Shown one piece after another: positions 12,939 through 24,886 of a stretch of 44,321 nucleotides of DNA (its first letter is position 1; every line of letters starts with the position of its first letter). Below the pieces are notes generated by a model. It did no database searches, was not told the DNA's origin, and saw only the letters and a program-made list of their open reading frames with translations. The position numbers and the translations under genes were made by a program. The stretch comes from Octopus bimaculoides (taxonomy: Eukaryota), in contig NC_068993.1 of assembly GCF_001194135.2 (NCBI RefSeq), forward strand, positions 48,691,015-48,735,335. The letters are read 5' to 3'.

Positions 12939-13167
12939 GAGTGAGAGGGCAGTGCATGCCATCAAAGTGACACTGGGGTCAAATATACGTAGCCCAGTAT
13001 ACCCATCCTGACTACCCGGCTGATAAGGGTACACGAGGCACATGCATAACAACCATATGTGCGCGACATGGTGATCTCATATCAAGATGAACCGCGCATG
13101 ACCTCGCAGGTGGGACCCAGTTAGAATTTTCTTCAGGTCGAGTAGCCCATCCCGCTCAAAAGTTCCC

Positions 13168-13168
<1 letters not shown>
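12939..13168 (-). mobile_element. Unclassified (AAT)n-associated repeat, copy B
   Basis: Homologous to copies A and C; (ATT)n on both sides. Confidence 0.8.
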
Positions 13169-13237
<69 letters not shown>

Positions 13238-13240
13238 TAT

Positions 13241-13423
13241 GGTGAGATGACATAATCGCTAGCACGCCAGGCCAAATGCTTGGCGGCATTTCGTACGTCT
13301 GCACGTTCTGAGTTCAAATTCCGCCGAATTTACCTTTTATCCTTTCGGGATCGAGAAAAAAAGTACTAGTTAAACACTGGGGTGAGTGCAATCGACTCAT
13401 CTCCTTGTGGCAAAATTTGAAAC

Positions 13424-13424
<1 letters not shown>
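13241..13424 (+). mobile_element. Decayed SINE family A between (ATT)n tracts
   Basis: TAGCACGCCAGGCCAAATGCTT..GTTCTGAGTTCAAATTCCGCCG..ATCCTTTCGGGATCGA. Confidence 0.75.
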
Positions 13425-13499
<75 letters not shown>

Positions 13500-13542
13500 G
13501 TTGTTGTTGTTGTTGTTATTATTATTATTGTTTTTGTTATTA

Positions 13543-13574
<32 letters not shown>

Positions 13575-14533
13575 CTGATGATGCNNNNNNNNNNNNNNNN
13601 NNNNNNNNNNNNNNNNNNNNNNNNNNNNNNNNNNNNNNNNNNNNNNNNNNNNNNNNNNNNNNNNNNNNNNNNNNNNNNNNNNNNNNNNNNNNNNNNNNNN
13701 NNNNNNNNNNNNNNNNNNNNNNNNNNNNNNNNNNNNNNNNNNNNNNNNNNNNNNNNNNNNNNNNNNNNNNNNNNNNNNNNNNNNNNNNNNNNNNNNNNNN
13801 NNNNNNNNNNNNNNNNNNNNNNNNNNNNNNNNNNNNNNNNNNNNNNNNNNNNNNNNNNNNNNNNNNNNNNNNNNNNNNNNNNNNNNNNNNNNNNNNNNNN
13901 NNNNNNNNNNNNNNNNNNNNNNNNNNNNNNNNNNNNNNNNNNNNNNNNNNNNNNNNNNNNNNNNNNNNNNNNNNNNNNNNNNNNNNNNNNNNNNNNNNNN
14001 NNNNNNNNNNNNNNNNNNNNNNNNNNNNNNNNNNNNNNNNNNNNNNNNNNNNNNNNNNNNNNNNNNNNNNNNNNNNNNNNNNNNNNNNNNNNNNNNNNNN
14101 NNNNNNNNNNNNNNNNNNNNNNNNNNNNNNNNNNNNNNNNNNNNNNNNNNNNNNNNNNNNNNNNNNNNNNNNNNNNNNNNNNNNNNNNNNNNNNNNNNNN
14201 NNNNNNNNNNNNNNNNNNNNNNNNNNNNNNNNNNNNNNNNNNNNNNNNNNNNNNNNNNNNNNNNNNNNNNNNNNNNNNNNNNNNNNNNNNNNNNNNNNNN
14301 NNNNNNNNNNNNNNNNNNNNNNNNNNNNNNNNNNNNNNNNNNNNNNNNNNNNNNNNNNNNNNNNNNNNNNNNNNNNNNNNNNNNNNNNNNNNNNNNNNNN
14401 NNNNNNNNNNNNNNNNNNNNNNNNNNNNNNNNNNNNNNNNNNNNNNNNNNNNNNNNNNNNNNNNNNNNNNNNNNNNNNNNNNNNNNNNNNGATTTATGTA
14501 TATCTGTATGTGTTTAATACGTGTGGAGGGCAT

Positions 14534-14666
14534 AGACGTAGGCATAGCTGTGGTAAAAAGTTTGCTTCCGAACCAGATGGTACCGCGTTCAGTTCCACTG
14601 CGTAGCACCTCTAGCGTCAGGCCGATCAAAGACTTGTGAGTGGATTGATAGACTGAAACTGAAACT
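14534..14666 (+). mobile_element. SINE family B, decayed 5' half
   Basis: GCTGTGGTAAAAAGTTTGCTTCC..CCACTGCGT..CTTGTGAGTGGATT..GAAACTGAAA. Confidence 0.7.
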
Positions 14667-15243
14667 CCCCCCTGACACAAGAAACTGCCACGAAATATTA
14701 ATATTAAATGAAATAAAATCAGGACTACAAAAGAAGGAATAAAATCAATAATCAAAAGGATAATATAGCAACCATCCACCACCATCTTAAAACTAGTAAT
14801 AGTTTTAATACCAAGCCTTACAATTATCACAACTATCTTTCTCCGCCCGATTATCAAAGATACGAGCTTTCCCGCCCCCAATTTTTATTTATTATTATTA
14901 TATCAGTTTATTTATTCATTATTTGGGCTCCCGATGTGTTCACACGTTTATTGCTCCTACAGGTAAAACACGTCATTACTCAGTCAAATAAATGTAGAAC
15001 AATGGCGGAAAACGTCAGCCATTTTGTGAACAAAGGAGGGAAAGAAAGACACAGGTCGGTGGTCGTTTCATCAAAGGTTATTGAAAATAGCGATGGCTCG
15101 ATAAGATATGTTTTATTTTTATGGCCCAAATTTAAACTAATATCTGGCTCGTAAATTATGAATTATTCCGACAGGCTTCAGTGCTCAAAAAGATAAGTGC
15201 ATATATAAATATATAGTTATATACTATTCCCCCATACACCACC

Positions 15244-15277
<34 letters not shown>

Positions 15278-16307
15278 NNNNNNNNNNNNNNNNNNNNNNN
15301 NNNNNNNNNNNNNNNNNNNNNNNNNNNNNNNNNNNNNNNNNNNNNNNNNNNNNNNNNNNNNNNNNNNNNNNNNNNNNNNNNNNNNNNNNNNNNNNNNNNN
15401 NNNNNNNNNNNNNNNNNNNNNNNNNNNNNNNNNNNNNNNNNNNNNNNNNNNNNNNNNNNNNNNNNNNNNNNNNNNNNNNNNNNNNNNNNNNNNNNNNNNN
15501 NNNNNNNNNNNNNNNNNNNNNNNNNNNATATGTGTGTGTATGTATGTATGTATGTATGTATGTATGTATGTATGTATGTCAAGGTGGTGTGCAGAGTTTT
15601 ATAGACAGCAGTGTCAGAGGTGGCGGGATACAGCTTGGTGCGCCAATTCTTGACGTTCTTTTGTTTGTGATTAATAATGGTGCCGTCGTTGGTGGAGACG
15701 ACGGCGATAACGACGGCCCCTAACGATGACGATGGCGGGGCGCTGCCGGCTACACGTCCAAGGTTTCAGTTTGTAATATATGAGTTAGTTCTATGCTTGT
15801 TGTTTTGGTAATGAAGGGCGACCGAGGTGGCGATAAGGACGCAGCGGCCACAGTGACAACAGTTGTGGTTATAATGGTGGCGGTGGTAGTAAATATTTTT
15901 GATTTATATCTCTGTATAAGACACAGGTCGGTGTTTCTGACGTGTCTCGTTGGAAGCGTGTGTGTTTGAACGTGAATATCTGTATATGTATACGTTTCTT
16001 TTTGTGTCTGTGTAGTTTATTTATTTGTTTTCCTCTTCACTCCTCTATCTGGCAATCTCTCTCTTTCTTTCTCTCTCTTTCTGTATATATATATTTAGAG
16101 AGTGAGAGAGAGAGAGAGAGAGAAAGACATACCCACATTCATAAGTGTATATATCCGCATGTATATCCGCACTCACACACTCTCATATGCTCAAGCAAAC
16201 ATGTATATATTAACCTATAAACTCTATTGAAATCTTTCTCTTAGTACTGTAAAATATACTTAACATGTATATGTGTGTGTGTGCGTGCTTGTGCATATAT
16301 ATATATT

Positions 16308-16358
<51 letters not shown>

Positions 16359-16525
16359 GTATATATGCTTGTGGTTGTGTGTGCGCATATACATATATAT
16401 CTATATATATATATATATATATATATAATTATATATAAAAAATATATAATCATAATGAAGAGTACTTGGAAATAGTACCAACATGCTAGAAATACAAGTG
16501 AAAAAGACTCAAAAAAGGGACAACA

Positions 16526-16700
16526 CATCCAGATAGACGATACAAAGAAGACAAGAACGGGTCATTCGGAGTTTTCCCTCCTCAGTCGAGTTCCAGATTA
16601 TCTTTGTAATTTCGGCTGATTATAGTCTCGAGATTGCTCCAATCTGGCCCAGCCCCAAGGAAAAACTAAGCTAAGAGCATTAGATTCCTTGGAAGAAAGC
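16526..16700 (-). mobile_element. Unclassified repeat, possibly Penelope-like terminus, copy 1
   Basis: About 110 nt align with 37205-37315; carries CTGAGGA..GAA on the minus strand. Confidence 0.6.
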
Positions 16701-16754
16701 AGCAAATGTATATGTATGTGTGTATGTTTGAGCGTGTGTATGTGTGTGTGTGCT

Positions 16755-16973
16755 TTTGTGTGTCTTTGTGACTATGTTTGTTCTCCTACTACTTGACAAC
16801 CGGTGGTGATGTGTTTACGTCCCCGTAACATAAACATTAGCATATCGGCATAAGTGCAAGCTTAAAAGGAAATAAGTACTGGAGTTGATTCATTCGACTA
16901 AAAATTCTTCAAGCTGGTGCCCCAGCATAGCCGCACTTTAATGACTGACTGAAATAAGTAAAAAATAAAAGAT
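16755..16973 (+). mobile_element. SINE family B, 3' half
   Basis: CTTGACAACCGG..GTGTTTACGTCCCCGTAAC..AATAAGTACTGG..GCCCCAGCAT.GCCGCA..GACTGAAA matches 24665-24835. Confidence 0.7.
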
Positions 16974-17024
16974 GAATATATTTAATGCAAATGTGGTTTG
17001 TGATTTGGGTTTTTCTAAATTTTA

Positions 17025-17059
<35 letters not shown>

Positions 17060-17139
17060 GCTGTTTTCTTATCGCATTGTAGAAGCCGAAAGGGGCACCT
17101 GCAATAGAAGTTGAGACTATACTTAGCAGTGCTTGTTTG

Positions 17140-17830
17140 CTGAAACACGATGGAAAGGGAGAAGTAACATCTCATTGTTATTGGCAGATCAAAAAACAAA
17201 TCTAAGATGTTTTATAAATGTTCACTGTTATGGCTACAAAATTGGTTGTGTGAGGAGAGAGTTGTTTGACCCTTGGTTAATCGAACTCGGAAAAATAATG
17301 AAAATGAAACAAAAAAAAAATCTTACTATATGCTCTGCATATATCAAACTGGCTTATTCAGATAATGTTTGGGCTGTGTATCTTCCGCCAAATTGATCTG
17401 CAATTCTACAACTGTTGAATCTCGAAATAACAAGCGCCTTGAAAAGCTATTACAGAAAATAAAAGCTGTTGAAAAAGGTGCTTTTTAATATGAGTCGTGA
17501 TGAGAAAATTCCAGCAGTTGATATTAAATGAGCGATTGACATGATAACAGCGTGTGGTGGGCAATGAAATACAAGACAAATATAGAATACCGGGAAAAAA
17601 AAAAAAAAAAAAAAAGATTTTGTCACGTCTTCAGAAACAATTTTGAGCGATGATGGAAAGAAAATGAATGCGGTAACGACACTCAACATTTATGAACCTT
17701 GGTTTCAGCTATAAAAGATTTTCCTCCGGCTCCAAACGTTGAGACATTTATTACTGTGGATGATTGCTTGCCTGTTAGTATCACAGGAACTAAATGGCTG
17801 GGAGATATCTGAAAGTGTTAAATCAAAGTA
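17140..17830 (+). pseudogene. pogo/Tigger-like (DDE_1, CENP-B-related) transposase relic
   Basis: LLLADQKTNLRCF..RELFDPWL..SDNVWAVYLPPN*SAILQLLNLEITSALKSYYRK parallels the family motifs K.PRCF, LF..WL and FLPPNTTS.LQPLDQGII..FK..YRK. Multiple stops. Confidence 0.8.
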
Positions 17831-18911
17831 CTCTAAAAAAGTAAAAACAACACATGATATCGGAGGCATATTCTCATATTGAAAAAAAGTACGTGTGAAA
17901 ACACGAATATATTTTATTCAACGATGCTTCGTGCGGAATTACCTNNNNNNNNNNNNNNNNNNNNNNNNNNNNNNNNNNNNNNNNNNNNNNNNNNNNNNNN
18001 NNNNNNNNNNNNNNNNNNNNNNNNNNNNNNNNNNNNNNNNNNNNNNNNNNNNNNNNNNNNNNNNNNNNNNNNNNNNNNNNNNNNNNNNNNNNNNNNNNNN
18101 NNNNNNNNNNNNNNNNNNNNNNNNNNNNNNNNNNNNNNNNNNNNNNNNNNNNNNNNNNNNNNNNNNNNNNNNNNNNNNNNNNNNNNNNNNNNNNNNNNNN
18201 NNNNNNNNNNNNNNNNNNNNNNNNNNNNNNNNNNNNNNNNNNNNNNNNNNNNNNNNNNNNNNNNNNNNNNNNNNNNNNNNNNNNNNNNNNNNNNNNNNNN
18301 NNNNNNNNNNNNNNNNNNNNNNNNNNNNNNNNNNNNNNNNNNNNNNNNNNNNNNNNNNNNNNNNNNNNNNNNNNNNNNNNNNNNNNNNNNNNNNNNNNNN
18401 NNNNNNNNNNNNNNNNNNNNNNNNNNNNNNNNNNNNNNNNNNNNNNNNNNNNNNNNNNNNNNNNNNNNNNNNNNNNNNNNNNNNNNNNNNNNNNNNNNNN
18501 NNNNNNNNNNNNNNNNNNNNNNNNNNNNNNNNNNNNNNNNNNNNNNNNNNNNNNNNNNNNNNNNNNNNNNNNNNNNNNNNNNNNNNNNNNNNNNNNNNNN
18601 NNNNNNNNNNNNNNNNNNNNNNNNNNNNNNNNNNNNNNNNNNNNNNNNNNNNNNNNNNNNNNNNNNNNNNNNNNNNNNNNNNNNNNNNNNNNNNNNNNNN
18701 NNNNNNNNNNNNNNNNNNNNNNNNNNNNNNNNNNNNNNNNNNNNNNNNNNNNNNNNNNNNNNNNNNNNNNNNNNNNNNNNNNNNNNNNNNNNNNNNNNNN
18801 NNNNNNNNNNNNNNNNNNNNNNNNNNNNNNNNNNNNNNNNNNNNNNNNNNNNNNNNNNNNNNNNNNNNNNNNNNNNNNNNNNNNNNNNNNNNNNNNNNNN
18901 NNNNNNNNNNN

Positions 18912-18952
<41 letters not shown>

Positions 18953-20194
18953 ATTGAAACATTTTAATTTGTCAGCATTGAAACTTTTAAAGATGTTTTT
19001 CTTTTCTAATTTAAACTTTTACCATTGATAAAAAAACATTGTTGAAACTAATTTTGTATATATGTAAATAAATGTATTTTAAACATTTACGAGTTTTTGA
19101 AATTTAGGTGAATTTCCCACAACACATTATCCTATATATATATATATATATACAAAAGTGTGTGTGTGTGTGTGTGTTTTGCACACGTGCCTTAATTTAT
19201 ATCGATCTTCAAGACGTTATCTCCCCTTCTCGCTTTATATTTAAAATAACTACAGAAAATATTTTGTCCAGTTATTTCTTATCACTTAACATAATCTCTC
19301 TTCACACATACAAAGCACTGACCTTTGAAATAAGTGCATTGTATATGTAGGGCTTAGAATTTTGTATTTATCGTACAGAACTCTGCTCTAATGGTTTTTG
19401 ACCGTCATGTCTTTTGTGAGACATGTATTTATGGTAATGAACATAAATCTAACCTCAATGTTGAAACAGAAATGCAGAGCCAACCTTCGAAAATGGACTG
19501 GAGAATAAATTAGTTGACTTCATATGTATTTTACAAAATTATCAATGATGACTTTGCTCCGCACTGCAGCCTTTAGTTATTTATTAAATATGCAATGGGT
19601 AATATTCGTTGTTAACTTTAGTAAAATACGTCAGCTATAGAGGTGTTAATTAACTAGAGGTTTTTAAATAAGAACTAACTCTGCTTCGTTATTTTAATTA
19701 ACACGCGAGCAACAAAGATACTACAAACTGATACGTAAGTGAAAGAAAGTTAATGCACTTCTTTGCTGCATTTTTGATGAGTAGCTGGAAGGTACATATC
19801 GGTAGAGTGGAAGCGATAGATACTCGCGAGGAGTCGACAAAGCCAAAATTAAACCCTGGTGAAGCTGTTATCCGAGAAAATCTTTGTGTTTTAACCACAT
19901 AGTTTATTTACAGTGATGCTAAATGTACAGTCGCTACACTGGAATGTGTGTGTGTCTGTCTGTCTGTCTGCATATGTGTCTGTCTGTCTGCATATGTGTC
20001 TGTCTGTCTGTCTGTCTGTCTGTCTGCATCTGTGTCTGTCTGTCTGTCTGTCTGTCTGCATCTGTGTGTGTCTGTCTGTGTGTGTGTGTGTGTGTGTGTG
20101 AGTGTGTGTGTGTGTGCGTGTGTTACGTTGGAAAGAAAGTTCTATCACATTCAAAGACAAGAAAGAAACAAATTCTTGTCTGGTCTTAATTGAT

Positions 20195-20720
20195 ATACTT
20201 CATCAATTTAATATCCCTTCATTATTCAAAACGCAATCCTGTTCATTCGGGGATTTTGTTAAACCTTCGGACACAAAATTCCTCAGGTTACCAAGCAAAG
20301 AAACGTTGAACTTCATTTTTAACCTCTTCACAACTAGTAAACTATTTTCCTTCGAAATAATGTTGCAATGATCTGAAAAGATGAAAGTTAGATGTAGGAA
20401 GGCCAAGAGAGTGAAGGGACATAAAGCAAACTTCCATATTTATTACCATAATCTTTTACTGAGTGCCTCGGTCAGTATTGGTCTTGTAGTATCGTCTGAA
20501 AAATATCGCTTTACTATTGACCAATGGCTGGAGTCATTGCTGCAAATATTTTGTGCAACGTTTTGTTTTGTTCTAACACTTCATGATAGACAACACTCTT
20601 CATATTCACCCAGACACAGAACACAAATGTTTTCAGACTGGATTCCCTTTTTCCATTGATTGCTAACAATCGTCGTTTCCGACAGCAGGTAAATGACGTA
20701 AGGCAAGCTGCAAACACAGG
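20195..20720 (-). pseudogene. Second mariner transposase relic
   Basis: FCVWVNMKSVVYHEVLEQNKT and PSNFHLFRSLQHYFEGK*FTSCEEVKNEVQRFFAW*PEEF match the mariner catalytic and C-terminal regions. Possible TIR remnant TACGTTGGAAAGAAAGTTCT at 20124. Confidence 0.82.
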
Positions 20721-21188
20721 AAACGTAATCTCTCACCCGCTGTTGAATGAAATTCAAGACAGTTTCAACACATTATAAACAGGATCTTTTATTTCAGGGT
20801 ACTGTGGTGTATTCTCAATGAAAAATAGAATAACCTTAGCGGGACAATTTTCAAATTTGTCGATGTAACATAAAATCAACTTGAGTAGCTACGACTCGAG
20901 CTGTCTTGTCTTCGAAACATTTCTTGACACACTGAAGGGAGCAACCCTTAGAGACACAATCATTTTGCCCACACAAATATCTATCTAATCTATCAACGTA
21001 TGCATGCATGTGTGTATGTATGTATGTATGTATGTATGTATGGATGGATGGATGGATGGATGGATGGAGGTATGGTTGGATGGAGGTATGGTTGGATACA
21101 TGCAGGTATATATGCATTTATTTATGGATGTCTGCATGTATGAATATATGTATATACCTATCTATTATCAATGTTGATATGTATATAC

Positions 21189-21243
<55 letters not shown>

Positions 21244-21886
21244 TCAGAGACCAAAAAAACTAGACAAATTAAACATGTCTTTAGCGCATGCGTGTCTGTA
21301 TAACACACACNNNNNNNNNNNNNNNNNNNNNNNNNNNNNNNNNNNNNNNNNNNNNNNNNNNNNNNNNNNNNNNNNNNNNNNNNNNNNNNNNNNNNNNNNN
21401 NNNNNNNNNNNNNNNNNNNNNNNNNNNNNNNNNNNNNNNNNNNNNNNNNNNNNNNNNNNNNNNNNNNNNNNNNNNNNNNNNNNNNNNNNNNNNNNNNNNN
21501 NNNNNNNNNNNNNNNNNNNNNNNNNNNNNNNNNNNNNNNNNNNNNNNNNNNNNNNNNNNNNNNNNNNNNNNNNNNNNNNNNNNNNNNNNNNNNNNNNNNN
21601 NNNNNNNNNNNNNNNNNNNNNNNNNNNNNNNNNNNNNNNNNNNNNNNNNNNNNNNNNNNNNNNNNNNNNNNNNNNNNNNNNNNNNNNNNNNNNNNNNNNN
21701 NNNNNNNNNNNNNNNNNNNNNNNNNNNNNNNNNNNNNNNNNNNNNNNNNNNNNNNNNNNNNNNNNNNNNNNNNNNNNNNNNNNNNNNNNNNNNNNNNNNN
21801 NNNNNNNNNNNNNNNNNNNNNNNNNNNNNNNNNNNNNNNNNNNNNNNNNNNNNNNNNNNNNNNNNNNNNNNNNNNNNNNNNNNNNN

Positions 21887-21936
<50 letters not shown>

Positions 21937-22236
21937 TCTCTGTGTGTATACACACACATACACACATATATTTATGCATGTATGTATGTGGGTATGTATA
22001 GATATATAGCTAGATAGATTGATAGATCATTAGTACAAAACAGGTTGAAGAGGACTCAATACGTAAGTATGTGTATATATTTTTCTACTTTTAAGACAGA
22101 ATATAGCGACTCATGCGCTGAGAGTTTCATAATTAATGCCATACAGGAGACTCTCGTTCTGTGAGTCACTGTCGAGCAAATGATGATGATGATGATGATG
22201 ATGATAATAATAATAATAATAATAATNNNNNNNNNN

Positions 22237-22273
<37 letters not shown>

Positions 22274-22284
22274 TATTAATAATA

Positions 22285-22819
22285 ATCAAAGTGACACCAG
22301 GATACAAATATACGAAGCCCAATATACCATCATGTCTACCCCTCTGGTAAGGGTACTCCAGGCAAATGCATCACAACCGTATGTGCGCAGCATGGGGATC
22401 TCACATCAAGATAACAGTGCATAACCTTGCTGGTGAGGCCCAGTTAGAATTTTCTTCAGGTTGTGTGGCCCATCCTGCTCAAAATGTCCCTGAATAAGAT
22501 TTGTTTAAGGATGATGAACAAAACACCTTTGTTTCCAGAGGTGAATGATTCAAACCTCAAAGAATTCCTCTCAACACATGGCTATGATGCTCCTCCACTA
22601 CTTCTGCTCGTGACCAGAGATGCGCATATCGTCAGCCACCAAGGGACATGCTCAGCTCGTAATGGTCGAACAACTGACAAGCAAATCTGTGGAATTGACC
22701 AAAATAATTGCTATAGCCCGTCTTTTATACCAAGACAAAACAATGTACACGATAACACTTGCAATCAGTTAAGATCAGAAGCCATGTGAGCCACTGCCTG
22801 GTACTGCATCCGGGCATTT
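22285..22819 (-). mobile_element. Unclassified (AAT)n-associated repeat, copy C (longest, ~535 bp)
   Basis: Spans the regions seen in copies A and B; (AAT)n on the left, (ATT)n on the right. Confidence 0.8.
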
Positions 22820-22823
22820 ATTG

Positions 22824-22885
<62 letters not shown>

Positions 22886-23269
22886 TAAACACAACTTCTA
22901 TGCTGTCGTGTATATTAACCAGNNNNNNNNNNNNNNNNNNNNNNNNNNNNNNNNNNNNNNNNNNNNNNNNNNNNNNNNNNNNNNNNNNNNNNNNNNNNNN
23001 NNNNNNNNNNNNNNNNNNNNNNNNNNNNNNNNNNNNNNNNNNNNNNNNNNNNNNNNNNNNNNNNNNNNNNNNNNNNNNNNNNNNNNNNNNGCGGTGGCAG
23101 CGGTGTTGGTGGTGGTGGAGGTGGTGGTGGTGGTGGTGGTGGTGGTGGTAGCTGCTGTACTATTCGATAGCATGAAATTTGAACATTACAGGGGAATGTT
23201 GATAGGAGGGAAAAAAGCTAAACATAATCGCCTGTAATTTTGCAACAAGACCAGCAGTTCTTGATGGAA

Positions 23270-23400
23270 GGGATTAGTGGATTAAGTCGTTCCTTGTACA
23301 AAAATGTTGCTTTACTTTATCGACAATAAATTAAAGAATGAAAGGTGATAATTGACATCGGCACGATATGAACTCATAACGTTAGGAGCTGAAACAAATA
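23270..23400 (-). mobile_element. Highly decayed SINE family A
   Basis: ATCGAC..GAATGAAAGG..TTGACATCGGC..GAACTCATAACGT resembles the reverse complement of family A. Confidence 0.45.
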
Positions 23401-23958
23401 TCATTCAATCCTGCCATTAATCGCCTTTAAGAACGCATATAGATTATGACAAAAATAAATGAATGAATGAATGAATAAATAAATCAATAAAGACGTGATT
23501 TTAGGAAAATAAAACTTATGTATTAATGGATGAAGAGAATATATCGATGTGTTATAAAGGAAGTTATCGGATGGATGAATGAATGTAATGATACGTACAA
23601 CTTATCTGATTGTATATCTTAGTCAATATGGCAGCTATCTTGAGAAAATTCGTTTGTCTGTCTGTGCGTCTATATCCAAATATCTGATGTCTATTGTGAA
23701 CTCCCGTGAATTAATTAATGTCGAGTAAATCCTGCACTCACCCGTAAATATCTATACGAGTTCAGTCATACGTTTCAGGTTTATTCTGAATAAGTTCGTG
23801 CCAAGGGGGTGGAGGTGGGATGGTGGGGGTGGCAGCGGCGGCGGCGGCGGCGGTGGCGGTGGTGTTGGTGGTGGTAGTCTGAGGGTAGTGCTGATGATGA
23901 TGATGGTGGTGGTGGTGGTGGTGTTGGTGTTGGTGTTGGTGTTGGTGGCGGTGGTAGT

Positions 23959-24141
23959 GGGCGAAATGCTTAGCGGCATTTCGTCTGTCTTTATGTTCTG
24001 AGTTCAAATTCGGCCGAGGTCGACTTTGCCTTCCATCCTTTCGGGATCGACAAATTAAGTACCAGTTGCGTACTGGGCTGATCTAATTGACTACCCCCTT
24101 CCCCAAAAATTACGGGCCTTGTGCCTAGAATAGAAAAGAAT
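23959..24141 (+). mobile_element. SINE family A, 5'-truncated, alternative tail
   Basis: Body matches 1209-1345; tail is CCCCAAAAATTACGGGCCTTGTGCCTAGAATAGAAAAGAAT. Confidence 0.85.
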
Positions 24142-24454
24142 GAGCTAATGAGTCGGCTCTCACACGATTGATAGGCATGTAAGAAATGACAGACGAATCT
24201 TAAAAACTACCTTACGTATTCAATAAAGGAATAACAGAGACAATATAGTGCCTATAATAGAATCAGTAGAGCATCAGTCAAAATTTGTTGGAAAACTTGG
24301 CTTTTCTTCCATTAAGGATCAATAAAATAAATACCAGTCAAGTATTGGAGCCAAAGACATCCACTAAAGTTTCTGGTCTTTTACCAAAATAAGAAACGAA
24401 TACTGTTGTTGTTGGTGTTGTTATTGTTAATTAAATATTCGATAAATATAAAAA

Positions 24455-24854
24455 GTGTGGCTGTGGTAAGAAATTTGCTTTCCAACCACATGGTTCCGTG
24501 TTCAGTCCTACTGTGTGGCACTTTGGGCAATCGTCTTCTACTATAGCCTCGGGTCGACTAAGGCCTTGCAAATGGATTTGGAAGATGGAAACTGAAAGAA
24601 ACCCGTTGTGTGCGTGTGTGTATGCGTGTGCGCATGTGTGTTTGCGTTTGTGTTTATCCCTCTCCACCTCTTGACTACTGGCGTTGGTGTGCTTACGTCC
24701 CTGCAAATTAGCGGTTCGGCAAAAGAGGGAGCAATAGAATAAGTACCAGGCTTTAAAAAAGTACTGGGGTCGATTCATTCAGCAAACAGTTCTTCAAGAT
24801 GTTGCCCCATCATGGCCGCAGTCTAATGACTGAAATAACTAATAGATAAAGATA
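24455..24854 (+). mobile_element. SINE family B, near full length (tRNA head, CORE-like block, internal microsatellite, tail)
   Basis: GGCACTTTGGGCAATCGTCTTCTACTATAGCCTC resembles CORE GTGACCTTGGGCAAGTCACTT; colinear with 40299-40614. Confidence 0.85.
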
Positions 24855-24886
24855 ATGTATTTGCTTTTAATTCCAAAATAGATGTC

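Noticed and set aside
22463-22789. 108-aa ORF as a host gene
   Set aside because: It lies inside a multi-copy repeat, is not open across the other copies and shows no recognisable domain.
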